A stretch of 64,000 nucleotides of DNA from Armatimonadetes bacterium CG06_land_8_20_14_3_00_66_21 (GTDB taxonomy: Bacteria; Armatimonadota; Abditibacteriia; CG2-30-66-41), in the NCBI GenBank assembly GCA_002779825.1, contig PEVN01000512.1:7826-71825 (forward strand), given 5' to 3'. Position 1 is the first letter of the stretch. Every line of letters begins with the position of its first letter. Of this stretch, positions 31,584 to 41,737 are shown piece by piece. The notes under the pieces are model-generated. The model was not told the origin of the DNA. It searched no databases and was given only the letters and a program-made list of their open reading frames with translations. The position numbers and the translations under genes are program-made.

Positions 31584-34500
31584 TCACACCTCTGCGAACA
31601 GCGACGGCTCTGCCAACTCCTCTAACAGTTTCTCATCCGGCCGGTGCTCCTCGCTCAACTCGCGGTTCACCGGGAGCCAGAGGCTTACGGTAGTCCCCTG
31701 GCCTTCGGTACTGTTGACCTCCACTCGACCGCCATGGTCTCGCACAATGGCCTGCGTAACAGCCAGGCCCAGGCCGGATCCAGACAGCTTGGTGGTGAAG
31801 AACGGCTTGAAGATCTCGCCCAGAACGTGGGCCGGAATGCCAACGCCGGTATCGGCGATCTCGAGGCGCACGCCTTCGCCCTCGCGACGCGTGCGGACGG
31901 TCAGCGTGCCGTGCCCTCCGTTCAAAGCCTGAACAGCGTTCAGCGCTAGGTTGACAACGGCCTGCTGAAGGCGACGTGGGTCCAAGACGACCGGCGGCAG
32001 GTCCGCCCCAAAACTCTTCGTCAGGGAAATCCCTTCCCGAAGTGACTGGAAGTTCGCCATCAACAGCGCGTGTTCTACCAGGGCATTGAGGTCCTCGGGG
32101 CTGTGGACGGAGCCGGTAGGCCGCGCCAAGTCCAGCCAGTTGGTCAGGAACGCCTCCAGCTTCGCCACTTCGTCGACGATAATGCGCGCGTTGCGCCGAC
32201 TCGCGGCCGAGGCCTGGTCGTCCTCCAAGATGGTGTGGGCGAATCCGCCAATGGTCACCAGGGGATTTCGGATCTCGTGGCTGACGCGAGCGGACATCTC
32301 TCCTGCGGTAGCCAGCTTCTCCTGCCGGATGAGATCCTCGTGGGCGTCTTTGAGCCGCTTGTAGGATGCGGCAAGCTGGTCGGCCTTCCTGGCGACCTCG
32401 GCGTGGGCTCGGGCGTTTGCCAGGGCCATCCCGGTCTGGCGTGCCAGAGTGGCAAGCAGTCGGACTTCCTCCTCGCCGATAGGCGCCCGGGTGAAGCGGT
32501 TATCCGCAATTACGAGCCCGATCGCCCGGTCCTCCGCCTCTAACGGCGCCACCACACACTCCTCCGAATCCATGACCATCGCCAAGGCGCAGCAATCCGC
32601 GTTCAGGAGGTGTTCTTTTCGGGTGAGCTGGCGCGGCTTGCGTTCGAAGAACGCCTGCACCAGCGGGCATGAGGAGTCCGGGCGCAGCGGGAGGACCGCT
32701 TGTCGCACCAAGTCGTGAAGCGACCCGGGTTCCGGGACTTTGGGGCCGTCGTACCGCCGGACCAGTTCGCGGAGATCCTCGGAGTGTGCGACCGAGGCGG
32801 AGTAGATTCGGTGAGCCTCTTCCTCATCCCGGGGCCCGACGGCAACCTGACCTCGCAGGAGCTGCTCTTCTTCGTCCGCCAAGAACACGAAGGCGCGATT
32901 GAAGCCCAGCGCCGGCCCTGCCGTGACGCAGGTCAAGGCAGCGTGCAGCACATAGTTCTCGTCCAAGGCGCTCTGGATAAGCCGCGACACTCGGTGGATC
33001 AGCTCCAACTGGTACACGCGGCGAGCGCTGTCGGTGACGTTGTTGATGACGATCAGCACGTCGGAAGCTCCACCGGGACCCAGAGGTCGCAGCCGGATGT
33101 CGAGGAAGCGGTCGGGGTGCGCGGGGGACCGGTGGTGGAGCGCCTGTTTCTTGACGGTCTCGCCGGTGCGCCGCGCCCTGGCCAACATGTCCGCGAATGC
33201 CGCCTGCTCCAGCAGGGCCGGCTCAAGAACCTGGGTGATGGGCTGCTCCAAGGCCGCAGCCGCCGCAACCTCAGCTTCGCGGGCGAAGTGCTCGTTCATC
33301 GCCTTGACCCGATCGGCGCCGTCCACCACAATAAGCGACGCTGGCATGCCCTGGATGATCTGCTCGCTGAACTCCTGCGCGCGCGCGGTTTGTTCGTGGA
33401 GCGACACCTTTGCCAACGCTACCGCGAGGGGGCCGGCTACCGCCTGGATGATAAGCTGATCGCTTTCGCTGAAGGCGTTCGGTTTCTGACTGTGGATGTC
33501 AAGCAGGGCGACACACCGCTCGCCGCTGACAACGGGTACGAGCAGCTCGGCGCGTGTTCGCCGGGCAGCGGGGAACGGCAGAACATACCTGGGGTCGGTG
33601 CTGACGTCGTTCACCAACACCGGGCTCAGGGTCCGGACGGCCTCTCCGATGAGCCCTTCGGTGCTCTTCTGGCGGTGCCCCGCCCGAAGGAGCGGCTCGT
33701 AGGCGCCGCTGTGTGCTCGCAAGAGGCAGTCGCCCTCGGGGTCGACGGAAAACACGCTGGTGTCGAAGAACCGGAAGTGCCGGCGGACCGCCTCCGCCAC
33801 CAATGTGAGGAGGGCGTCGACCGTGCGCGTGCCGAGGGCTGCCTCAGCGATCTCCTGCAGGAGCGCGAGGCGCTCAACCTGGCGGTGCTGCTCCCGGTAG
33901 AGCCGGCGGAACTCCTGCACCGATTGGTGCAGCTCCCGTGTGCGTAGCGCCACGATGCGTTCCAGTCGCTGCTCGTCCGCCGCGGCCGCCCCCTCGCGGT
34001 CGGTCCGCCAGAGGCCCGTCTCGTCGCGGATGAGGCTCTGCACGACGCGGGCGCCGGCATAGCGGATCACGGTCGACCGCACCCGCGCCTGAATGCGCTC
34101 CCCTTCCGCCGAGATCACCCGGGCCCGGTCCAGGAACGACGTGCCCTCGTGAGCGGCCGCACTCAACCGGTCGACGATGGCTTGGCGAGAGGACTCGGCG
34201 AACAGATCGGGGTAGTGCGAACCGACCAGATCGTCCTTTTCGAGCCCGAACAAAGCCTCCGCCTCGCGGTTCGCATCGACCACGACCCCGTCCTTCGGGT
34301 CCACCAGCACCACGGCATCACCCGCCGCGTTGAACAGGGCCCAGTGCTTCTGCTCGGCCCGCAGCAACTCGCACTGGTTGTACTCGTAGTAGCACTCGGT
34401 GATATGCAGCCGGACATGGTCGATCTCGGACTCGACCCAGTCGCACATCGCTTGAAGGGACTCTCTGTCGTCACCGAACTCGGCGACCAACTCGCCGATC

Positions 34501-34886
34501 AGGGTCCGCTTGAGGGCGATCTGCGTGCACACGAGGTCGGCGGCCGTGTACCCGGCCTTGTTCCCAGCGCGTGTGGCCACAGCGACGAACCGGTGGCAGG
34601 CAATATCCGTAGGGTCCTCGAGGTGGCGGAGCAGCAAGTACAGGAACTTGTGACCGAGTTCCCGCCACCAGCCCGGCACGAGGAGGTTCGTGTCGGCCGT
34701 CTGGGGAAGGAGTTCCGCCACCTGCTGGAGCCACTGTGAGACGAGATCGCCCTGGCGCCCCTCGATGAACCGGCACATCCGCTCGATGCCCTGCCGCCGA
34801 TGCGCCCGCGCAGCCTCGTCCCCTTCATAGTACGCCCGGTGGAGCTGGTGCGCGACGACTGAGGGGGACTCGTAGTACTTCTTCAT
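31584..34886 (-). CDS. Cytoplasmic multi-sensor histidine kinase (RsbRD_N-like, PAS, GAF, PAS, GAF, HisKA, HATPase)
   Basis: SHEIRNPL H-box, NLALNAVQA, DTGVGI, FFTTK and GSGLGL. PAS segments (VDANREAE, MPASLIVVD) and GAF segments (VNDVSTDPRY, IGLVIADN). Confidence 0.92.
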   Translation of the reverse strand: MKKYYESPSVVAHQLHRAYYEGDEAARAHRRQGIERMCRFIEGRQGDLVSQWLQQVAELLPQTADTNLLVPGWWRELGHKFLYLLLRHLEDPTDIACHRFVAVATRAGNKAGYTAADLVCTQIALKRTLIGELVAEFGDDRESLQAMCDWVESEIDHVRLHITECYYEYNQCELLRAEQKHWALFNAAGDAVVLVDPKDGVVVDANREAEALFGLEKDDLVGSHYPDLFAESSRQAIVDRLSAAAHEGTSFLDRARVISAEGERIQARVRSTVIRYAGARVVQSLIRDETGLWRTDREGAAAADEQRLERIVALRTRELHQSVQEFRRLYREQHRQVERLALLQEIAEAALGTRTVDALLTLVAEAVRRHFRFFDTSVFSVDPEGDCLLRAHSGAYEPLLRAGHRQKSTEGLIGEAVRTLSPVLVNDVSTDPRYVLPFPAARRTRAELLVPVVSGERCVALLDIHSQKPNAFSESDQLIIQAVAGPLAVALAKVSLHEQTARAQEFSEQIIQGMPASLIVVDGADRVKAMNEHFAREAEVAAAAALEQPITQVLEPALLEQAAFADMLARARRTGETVKKQALHHRSPAHPDRFLDIRLRPLGPGGASDVLIVINNVTDSARRVYQLELIHRVSRLIQSALDENYVLHAALTCVTAGPALGFNRAFVFLADEEEQLLRGQVAVGPRDEEEAHRIYSASVAHSEDLRELVRRYDGPKVPEPGSLHDLVRQAVLPLRPDSSCPLVQAFFERKPRQLTRKEHLLNADCCALAMVMDSEECVVAPLEAEDRAIGLVIADNRFTRAPIGEEEVRLLATLARQTGMALANARAHAEVARKADQLAASYKRLKDAHEDLIRQEKLATAGEMSARVSHEIRNPLVTIGGFAHTILEDDQASAASRRNARIIVDEVAKLEAFLTNWLDLARPTGSVHSPEDLNALVEHALLMANFQSLREGISLTKSFGADLPPVVLDPRRLQQAVVNLALNAVQALNGGHGTLTVRTRREGEGVRLEIADTGVGIPAHVLGEIFKPFFTTKLSGSGLGLAVTQAIVRDHGGRVEVNSTEGQGTTVSLWLPVNRELSEEHRPDEKLLEELAEPSLFAEV

Positions 34887-34988
34887 GTCGAGAAGGGCTC
34901 AACGCGGTGTCGGAGGACACGGTTGGCGTCAGGAAGCGATTGTAGCTGCCGGAGCGGCGCCGGCCAATCTCGGCGCCGCCGGCGCACC

Positions 34989-36722
34989 TCAGGGAAGTGC
35001 CGGCCGGTCCAGGCTGCGCCACCAGTCCAGGTCCACATCCGGGAAGAGGCAGTCCCTCTCGCAGAGGCTGCCGAAGGAAGCCCAGTCACTCTCCGACAGC
35101 CACTCGCCGTCGGCGTACCGCCTCGCCAGCGCGGCGGTCAACTCAAAGTCTGAGAAGTGCGCTGCGGCTCGGTGCTCCGCGTAGTCCCGTGCGGACCACG
35201 TGGTGATGAGAAACTGCCAGTCGGAGGACTGCAGGAGCAGCAGCTCTCGCGCCGCCTGCTGGAGAAGCCGGGTGAGCGTTTCGTCGGGCTCGGGGTGTGC
35301 CACCACGAGTTCCCGGAGGCTCGCCTCCGCGGCGTAAATCCGCCGCCACGTCCACTCGGTCCATTCGTTCAGCCAGACCCAATGGTGGCCGCCTGCGCCC
35401 CAGGATCCCTCCGGAAGCGCCAGAGCGGTGGCGGGCGGATGAGCCGCCAGGTACTCCGTGCCGGTCATCACTTCGAGGTCGGGGTCTTGGTGCATCCACC
35501 GAAGCACGTGTTCCAGCCAGACTGGTCCCTCGAACCACCAGTGCCCAAACAGCTCGGCGTCGAACGGCGCCGCCACGACGGGAGCGCGGCCGTTGAGCCA
35601 CGGTTGGTGCTCCAGCGTGGCCTTGACGCGCCAGAGGAAGTTCCCGGCGTGTTCGCGGGCGCGTTCCGCGGCGCGGTCCGGATCGTACTCCTCCTTGGCG
35701 CCCAGGTCACCCGTGTCGTCGGTTACCCGCCAGTAGCGGTGTCCGCCGGGGTAATGCTTCTTGTGGAAGTCCAAGTACGCCGCGTCGCCGGGGTACCCGA
35801 GTTGGCTGCTCCAGACCTGCAGGGTCAAGTCCGGGTCACGGAAGAACGCGGCAGCAGGAGGGTGATCTTCCACGTGGTCGCCCACGAAGTAGGCGGCATG
35901 GGGCGTGCGCTCGCCATCGTAGGGCCTCGGCTCGCGCAGACAGGAGACTCGGCTCCAGAGCTTGCCCAGCGTTTCCTCACGACTGAACTCCACCGGGAAC
36001 GGCTCCCCCCGGGAGAGCAGGTGCGTATCGACCACAAAGTAGTCGATGCCGTTCTCCGCGAGGAACTCCTCGATCCCCTTTCTGGGGTAGGGGGCTTGCG
36101 CCTCCCCCACAATGCGCGGATCGGGCGCCCACTGGCACCGCGGCCGGTACGCGCACTCGGGAAGCCAAAATCCCCTTGGTCGCCGGCCGAAGTGCCGTTC
36201 ATAGCAGGCAATCCCCTGCTTCACCTGGGCCTGGACGCTCGCGTCTTCGTGGAGCAACGGCAGATAGCCGTGGGTGGCCGCCGAGGTGATCAGCTCGATA
36301 TGGCCGGCCTCCTGTAGACTCCGGAAGGCGCCGACCAGATCGCCGAAGTGGTGGTCGTGGAACCGGTGCTGCACCCAGCCGTAGAACTCGTCCCAGCGTT
36401 TCGCCAGGTAGGCCACGTGACCTCGGCCGTGGGACTCAAACTCCTCCTGGTTCCGCACTGCCCCGTTGCGCTTATCGACGAGGTAGCCGGAGAACCACTC
36501 CTTGAACCGAGGGTCGGCGAGTTGTTCGAGAAGCACCGGCGTCAACCCCATTGACACTCGGGGGCTGATCCCTTCCTCGACCAGACGCTCGAATGTGGCA
36601 AGCAGCGGGAGGTACGTCTCCGCCGCTGCTTCCATGACCATCTCGCTGCCGTGGGGCCAGGTGCCGTGTCCCAGCATGTAGGGAACGTGGCCGTGCAGGA
36701 CGAGAACGAAGCTGCCTTTCAT
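34989..36722 (-). CDS. GH57 1,4-alpha-glucan branching enzyme (DUF1957)
   Basis: VLHGHVPY, ETYLPL, ATHGYLPL, WLPECAY, PFDAELFGHWWFEG and LQSSDWQF motifs. Confidence 0.93.
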   Translation of the reverse strand: MKGSFVLVLHGHVPYMLGHGTWPHGSEMVMEAAAETYLPLLATFERLVEEGISPRVSMGLTPVLLEQLADPRFKEWFSGYLVDKRNGAVRNQEEFESHGRGHVAYLAKRWDEFYGWVQHRFHDHHFGDLVGAFRSLQEAGHIELITSAATHGYLPLLHEDASVQAQVKQGIACYERHFGRRPRGFWLPECAYRPRCQWAPDPRIVGEAQAPYPRKGIEEFLAENGIDYFVVDTHLLSRGEPFPVEFSREETLGKLWSRVSCLREPRPYDGERTPHAAYFVGDHVEDHPPAAAFFRDPDLTLQVWSSQLGYPGDAAYLDFHKKHYPGGHRYWRVTDDTGDLGAKEEYDPDRAAERAREHAGNFLWRVKATLEHQPWLNGRAPVVAAPFDAELFGHWWFEGPVWLEHVLRWMHQDPDLEVMTGTEYLAAHPPATALALPEGSWGAGGHHWVWLNEWTEWTWRRIYAAEASLRELVVAHPEPDETLTRLLQQAARELLLLQSSDWQFLITTWSARDYAEHRAAAHFSDFELTAALARRYADGEWLSESDWASFGSLCERDCLFPDVDLDWWRSLDRPALP

Positions 36723-36794
36723 GGGCTCTGTCTCCCCTTTCCGCGGCACCAGCCGCAAGCGTACACGGCCCCGTCGGCAACGCCCGGAGGCGCT

Positions 36795-38474
36795 TCAGAT
36801 CGCGTCGTTGAGGATCATTTCCTTCACCGACTGGCCGGAGGGAATCATCGGGAACACGTCGGACTCACGATCGATGAAGAAGTCGATGAAGGTGGGCTTC
36901 ACTCGTTCAGCCATCGTCGCTTCGAGCGTCGGGCGCACCTCCGACTTCTCCGTCACCCGTACACCGATGGCGCCGTAGGCTTCGGCTACCTTGGCAAAGT
37001 CCGGATTGTCGACCAGATCCACTTCGGAATAGCGCCGGTCGAAAAACATCTTCTGCCACTGCTTGACCATGCCCAGATAGCGGTTGTTGAGGATGCACAC
37101 AGTGACTGGCAGCTTGTCCGAGACAGCCGTGATCAGGTCCTGGATGTTCATCTGGATGCTGCCGTCGCCGGAGATGCAGAACACGTGCTTGTCGGGGTGC
37201 GCGACCTGAGCGCCCATTGCGGCCGGGAACCCGAACCCCATGGCGCCGAGTCCGCCGGAAGTGAGAAACGTGCGCGGGTGCCGGGTGTTGATCCACTGCG
37301 CCGCCCACATCTGGTGCTGGCCGACGTCGGTCGTGATGATTGCCTCGCCCTTCGTCAACTCGTTGAGCTGCTCGAGGATGTACTGGGGGCGAAGCACGTC
37401 GTCATCCGGGTAGGTCAACGGCCCCTTCTCCCGCAACGCCTGGACCCGCTGGAGCCACGCTTCATGTGCCTTTGGCTCGACGCGCCCCAGCAACTGCTGC
37501 AGCACGAGCTTGCAGTCGCCCACGATCGGGATGGCCGTCTCGACGACCTTGCCGATCTCGGCGGGGTCGACGTCAATGTGGATGATGGCCGCCAGCGTCG
37601 CGAACTCCGCCACTCGGCCCACGACCCGGTCGTCAAAGCGCGTGCCAACGCCGATCAGCAGGTCGCACTCGCTCATGGCCCAACTGGCGAACGCACGGCC
37701 GTGCATACCAGGCATCCCCAGCGCCAGCGGGTGGTCGTCCGGGAACGCGCCCTTCCCCAGCAACGAGGTGACCACTGGCGCGTTGAGGCGCTCGGCCAAC
37801 TCCCGCAACTCGGGGCTGGCCTCTGCCGACAGGCACCCGCCACCGGCGTAGAGAAGGGGGCGCTCGCTCTTCGCGATCAGTCCCGCGGCCGCCTTGACCT
37901 GCCGGTTGTTGCCCCGCTGCGTGGGCCGATAGCCTCGCAGGCCGATCGTCTCAGGGTACTCGAACTCCAGTTCGTCGATCTGGGTGTCCTTCGGCAGGTC
38001 GATCACAACCGGGCCCGGTCGGCCGGTGTTGCAGATGTGGAAGGCTTCCTTGATCGTGACCGGAATCTCCTCGGCGGCGCGCACCAGGTAGTTGTGCTTG
38101 ACGATCGGCAGGGTGATCCCCAGGATGTCCGACTCCTGGAAGGCGTCGGTTCCCAGCGCCCGCGTACCCACCTGCCCGGTGATGGCGATGAGGGGCACTG
38201 AGTCCATGTAGGCGTCGGCGATGCCGGTGACTAGGTTGGTGGCGCCCGGACCGGAGGTGGCCATGCACACGCCCACCTTGCCGGTGGAACGGGCGTATCC
38301 CTCCGCCATCATAGCTGCCACCTGCTCGTGGCGAACCAGATGGTGACGAATGGCTCCGTCCGTGATGAGAGCGTCGTAGAGCGGCATGTTGGCGCCGCCG
38401 GGCAAGCCGAAGACGACCTCAACCCCTTCCCGCTTCAGAGATTCCACCAGGGCCTGGGATCCGGTCATTCTCAT
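36795..38474 (-). CDS. ilvB: Acetolactate synthase large subunit
   Basis: FGLPGG, RHEQ, TSGPGATN, GRPGPV, DVGQHQMW and GDGSIQMN...NN TPP motif. Confidence 0.96.
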   Translation of the reverse strand: MRMTGSQALVESLKREGVEVVFGLPGGANMPLYDALITDGAIRHHLVRHEQVAAMMAEGYARSTGKVGVCMATSGPGATNLVTGIADAYMDSVPLIAITGQVGTRALGTDAFQESDILGITLPIVKHNYLVRAAEEIPVTIKEAFHICNTGRPGPVVIDLPKDTQIDELEFEYPETIGLRGYRPTQRGNNRQVKAAAGLIAKSERPLLYAGGGCLSAEASPELRELAERLNAPVVTSLLGKGAFPDDHPLALGMPGMHGRAFASWAMSECDLLIGVGTRFDDRVVGRVAEFATLAAIIHIDVDPAEIGKVVETAIPIVGDCKLVLQQLLGRVEPKAHEAWLQRVQALREKGPLTYPDDDVLRPQYILEQLNELTKGEAIITTDVGQHQMWAAQWINTRHPRTFLTSGGLGAMGFGFPAAMGAQVAHPDKHVFCISGDGSIQMNIQDLITAVSDKLPVTVCILNNRYLGMVKQWQKMFFDRRYSEVDLVDNPDFAKVAEAYGAIGVRVTEKSEVRPTLEATMAERVKPTFIDFFIDRESDVFPMIPSGQSVKEMILNDAI

Positions 38475-38547
38475 GTTGCGTCGTCCTCACGAGTTCGGTT
38501 GACGAACTGCTCCGCAGTCTCTGGGAAGCGATTCGCTCGCCCCCCAC

Positions 38548-38584
38548 AAACGCAAAACTCGCTCCGGGTCGGCCCAGAGCGAGT
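38548..38584 (-). terminator. Intrinsic terminator between the nfu-like gene and ilvB
   Basis: Minus strand ACTCGCTCTGGG-CCGA-CCCGGAGCGAGT forms a 12-bp stem (one G:U), followed by TTTGCGTTT. Confidence 0.7.
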
Positions 38585-38669
38585 CTCGATCGTCCTTGCT
38601 GGCTCCGGCCACCCCTTCCGAAGCGGTGCTCGAAAGGGTCGGCCGTCTCTCCGTCAGAACGCCGAGCGC

Positions 38670-38903
38670 TCAGACGCCTACCACTTGCGTGACTCCCTCG
38701 AGGTGCTGCTTCAGCGTGGCCTCAATGCCCATCTGCAGCGTCATCTGCGACATGGGGCACCCCTTGCAGGCGCCGGTCAGGCGAACCTGCACGGTGCCGT
38801 CCTCCAGCACGTCAACCAGTTCGCAGTCGCCGCCGTCGGCTTGAAGACCGGGGCGAACCTTGTCGAGTACTTCCTGTACGCGAGCTTTCAGGTCTTCTGG
38901 CAC
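38670..38903 (-). CDS. NifU/Nfu C-terminal domain Fe-S carrier
   Basis: VRPGLQADGGD...LTGACKGCPMSQMTL..GIE. AAGGAGG upstream. Confidence 0.93.
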   Translation of the reverse strand: MPEDLKARVQEVLDKVRPGLQADGGDCELVDVLEDGTVQVRLTGACKGCPMSQMTLQMGIEATLKQHLEGVTQVVGV

Positions 38904-39054
38904 AGAGATTCCTCCTTCAGTCCGCCGCTTGTCGTTGCGGCACCCGTCCGGCTACGGCGTCAGGCCGCGGCCCGCCCCCGCTGCCCGGCAGCCCGGCAAG
39001 CCGGCGCCGCGTCCGTCGTGCAGTTCCCAGGCGTAGGCTTCGATGCTCTCAATA

Positions 39055-39873
39055 CTATGGCAGCGCCGTCTCCGGCGCCTTCACGTTGAAGCTCCCCTGG
39101 CGATAGCCCTGGAGATCCAACGTCACAAAACGATAGCCGATCTCCTGCAGACTTTCAACGAGACGTCTGCGCGTGTCTTCTTCCAAGGCGTTTGCCAGTT
39201 CGTCGACGCCCAGTTCCAGCCGCGCGATCTCCGAGTGGTGGCGAACGCGCACCTGGCGGAAGCCCAACCCCTTGAGCACTTCCTCCGCCCGCTCGACCAT
39301 GGACAGGCTCTCGGCCGTGATGGGAGTACCGTAGGGGATCCTGGACGCCAGACACGCGGCGGCGGGCTTGTCCCAGGTGGGCAGTCCCAGCTCTTTGGAG
39401 AGGAGGCGGATGTCCGCCTTCGTCATCCCGACCTCGCGGAGCGGGCTTCGCACCCCTTGTTCACACGCAGCCTGTGAGCCCGGCCGCCAATCGCTTTCGT
39501 CGTCTTTGTTGGCGCCATCGAGGACCCAGCGAATCCCCCGCTCCTCGCCGTAGGCCCTTAGCTTGGAGAACAGCTCCGTCTTGCAGTAGTAGCAGCGATT
39601 CTCTGGGTTCCTGGCGTAGTCGTCATCGGCGAGTTCCGCGGTCTGTAGCACCTCGAGGCGGGCGCCAAAGCCCTCCGCCAGTTCTTTCGCCGACTCGAGT
39701 TCCTTGGCGGGGATGCTCTCAGACTCGCCGATCACCCCGAGGGCGCCCTCTCCCAACGTCTCGACGGCCACGCGTAGCAGGAACGTGCTGTCGACGCCCC
39801 CCGAATAGGCAACGACAACGCGGCCCATTTCTCGCAGCAGAACGCGCAGTCTCTCCAGCTTGTTCTCGGCCAC
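39055..39873 (-). CDS. larE: ATP-dependent sulfur transferase LarE
   Basis: PP-loop AYSGGVDST, NRCYYCK, KPAAACLASRIPYG and QVRVRHH motifs. Confidence 0.92.
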   Translation of the reverse strand: MAENKLERLRVLLREMGRVVVAYSGGVDSTFLLRVAVETLGEGALGVIGESESIPAKELESAKELAEGFGARLEVLQTAELADDDYARNPENRCYYCKTELFSKLRAYGEERGIRWVLDGANKDDESDWRPGSQAACEQGVRSPLREVGMTKADIRLLSKELGLPTWDKPAAACLASRIPYGTPITAESLSMVERAEEVLKGLGFRQVRVRHHSEIARLELGVDELANALEEDTRRRLVESLQEIGYRFVTLDLQGYRQGSFNVKAPETALP

Positions 39874-40076
39874 CTGAGTTCAGGGCATCCTTTCGAGACC
39901 AGCGCTGAACGCGTTGAGAAGTCGTCCTCACAGAACGTGGCGCATTGGCGGCTGGAGCGGCGGGGAAGCGAAGGAGGGGAGCACCAAGATCCCGCTGGCA
40001 CCATGGCGAGTGGCTCCGGGTTCTGGTGAGGGATACTGACCGAAGCGATCCGCCAGCCGGCAGGGGCCCTGCAGAA

Positions 40077-40616
40077 TCAGGCCGCCTGGGCTTCCTCCGC
40101 GCCTTCTTCCTTGAGGCCGACGTAGCCGTGCTTCTCCACTTCCAGGCGCCCGTTCTCGAGGAGGATCTCCCGGGTCAGCACCAGGCCGGCCCGGTCGCTG
40201 GCGACGAACTCATACTCCTTCGTCAGCACGAGCGCCTTCGGCGCGGTCGGACAAACTTCGGCGCACAACCCGCAAAAGCAGCAGGAGTTGAGGTCGATTT
40301 CAAACTCAACGGGGTAGCGCCCTTTGTGTCCCTCCCGCTTCTCGGCCTTCATAGTGATGACTTGGTCGGGGCAGACCTTCGCGCACGAGCCGCAGCCAAT
40401 GCACGTCAGGTCTCCGTCCGGAGCGGCGGTGAGTCCGTGCAGACCCCGGTATCGCGGAGCGAGGACGGGACGCTCGCGCGGATACTGGAGGGTCGTGTTG
40501 GGCCGGAAAAAGTGGAGGATCGTGATCCACAGGCCCTGAAGCAGGCTCTTCGCTCCATAGGCGATCTCGCGCGCCAATGCCGTCACGGGGGTTGGTCCTC
40601 TCGCTATTGGCGCCAC
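40077..40616 (-). CDS. nuoI: NuoI-like 2x[4Fe-4S] subunit (orphan)
   Basis: TLQYPRE...RYRGLH, CIGCGSCAKVCP, CCFCGLCAEVCP and EYE. Start may be GTG 40586. Confidence 0.85.
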   Translation of the reverse strand: MAPIARGPTPVTALAREIAYGAKSLLQGLWITILHFFRPNTTLQYPRERPVLAPRYRGLHGLTAAPDGDLTCIGCGSCAKVCPDQVITMKAEKREGHKGRYPVEFEIDLNSCCFCGLCAEVCPTAPKALVLTKEYEFVASDRAGLVLTREILLENGRLEVEKHGYVGLKEEGAEEAQAA

Positions 40617-40634
40617 GCTCGCCGCGAGACGCCG

Positions 40635-41564
40635 TCAGTCGATCTCCGAATACGTCGGGGTGGACAGGTATCGCTCACCGGTGTCTGGAAACACAACTAC
40701 AATGAGCTTGCCCGCGTTCTCCGGGCGCTTGGCGACCTCGACAGCAGCGGCGGCAGCGGCGCCGGAGGAGACGCCGACGAAGAGCCCTTCCTCGCGGGCC
40801 AGGCGGCGCGCCATGGCGATGGCGGCCGGCGCTTCGACCTGATAGATCTCGTCCATCAGCTCCACGCGCATGATTGCCGGAATGAACCCGGCGCCGATTC
40901 CCTGAATCGGGTGTGGCCCCTTCTGGCCGCCTGACATCACCGGGGAGGCCGCCGGTTCCACGGCGACGAACTTCAGCGATGCCTTCTTGGGCTTCAGCGC
41001 CTCGGCGCAGCCGGTGAGGGTGCCACCGGTCCCGACACCAGCGACGATGAGGTCCACTTCTCCGTCGGTGTCGCGCCAGATTTCCAGCGCGGTGGTCTCG
41101 CGATGGATCGAAACATTGGCCGGGTTCTTGAACTGCTGCGGGATGAAATAGCGCGGGTCCTCGGCAGCCATCTTCTCGGCAGTGGCGATCGCTTCTCCCA
41201 TCCCTCCGGGACCGGAAGTCAGGATGAGTTCAGCGCCCAACACCTTCAGCAGTTGGCGACGCTCGAGGCTCATGGTCTCTGGCATCGTCAGGACGAGCTT
41301 GTATCCCTTGGCCGCACAGACCATCGCCAGACCGACCCCGGTGTTTCCGCTCGTCGGTTCGAGGATGATTGTGTCTTCGTTGACGAGTCCATCGCGCTCG
41401 GCGGCCTCGATCATGGACACGCCGATGCGGTCTTTGACGCTGGAGAGCGGGTTCATGCTTTCCAGCTTCGCCGCGACAGTGGCGCCAGCGCCCTCCGTCA
41501 CCCGGTTCAGGCGAACCAGAGGGGTGTTCCCGACCAGTTTGGTTACGTCGTTTGCGATCTTCAT
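40635..41564 (-). CDS. cysK: Cysteine synthase A
   Basis: [39 protein letters not shown] and DTGERYLST motifs. Confidence 0.97.
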   Translation of the reverse strand: MKIANDVTKLVGNTPLVRLNRVTEGAGATVAAKLESMNPLSSVKDRIGVSMIEAAERDGLVNEDTIILEPTSGNTGVGLAMVCAAKGYKLVLTMPETMSLERRQLLKVLGAELILTSGPGGMGEAIATAEKMAAEDPRYFIPQQFKNPANVSIHRETTALEIWRDTDGEVDLIVAGVGTGGTLTGCAEALKPKKASLKFVAVEPAASPVMSGGQKGPHPIQGIGAGFIPAIMRVELMDEIYQVEAPAAIAMARRLAREEGLFVGVSSGAAAAAAVEVAKRPENAGKLIVVVFPDTGERYLSTPTYSEID

Positions 41565-41737
41565 GTGTCTCTCCCAGGGCGTCGTGGATTGTAGCTGCGC
41601 GCCCGCGGCTCGTCAACGAGGGCGGATCCGGGCCGGAATCCGCCCCCAGCCACCAAGCGTGCAGCCATCTTCTTCAGTATGTCGCGCCTGGGAGCCCCGT
41701 GCACCCATGGGCAATCGCGTGGAACGGGTCGCGGCGG

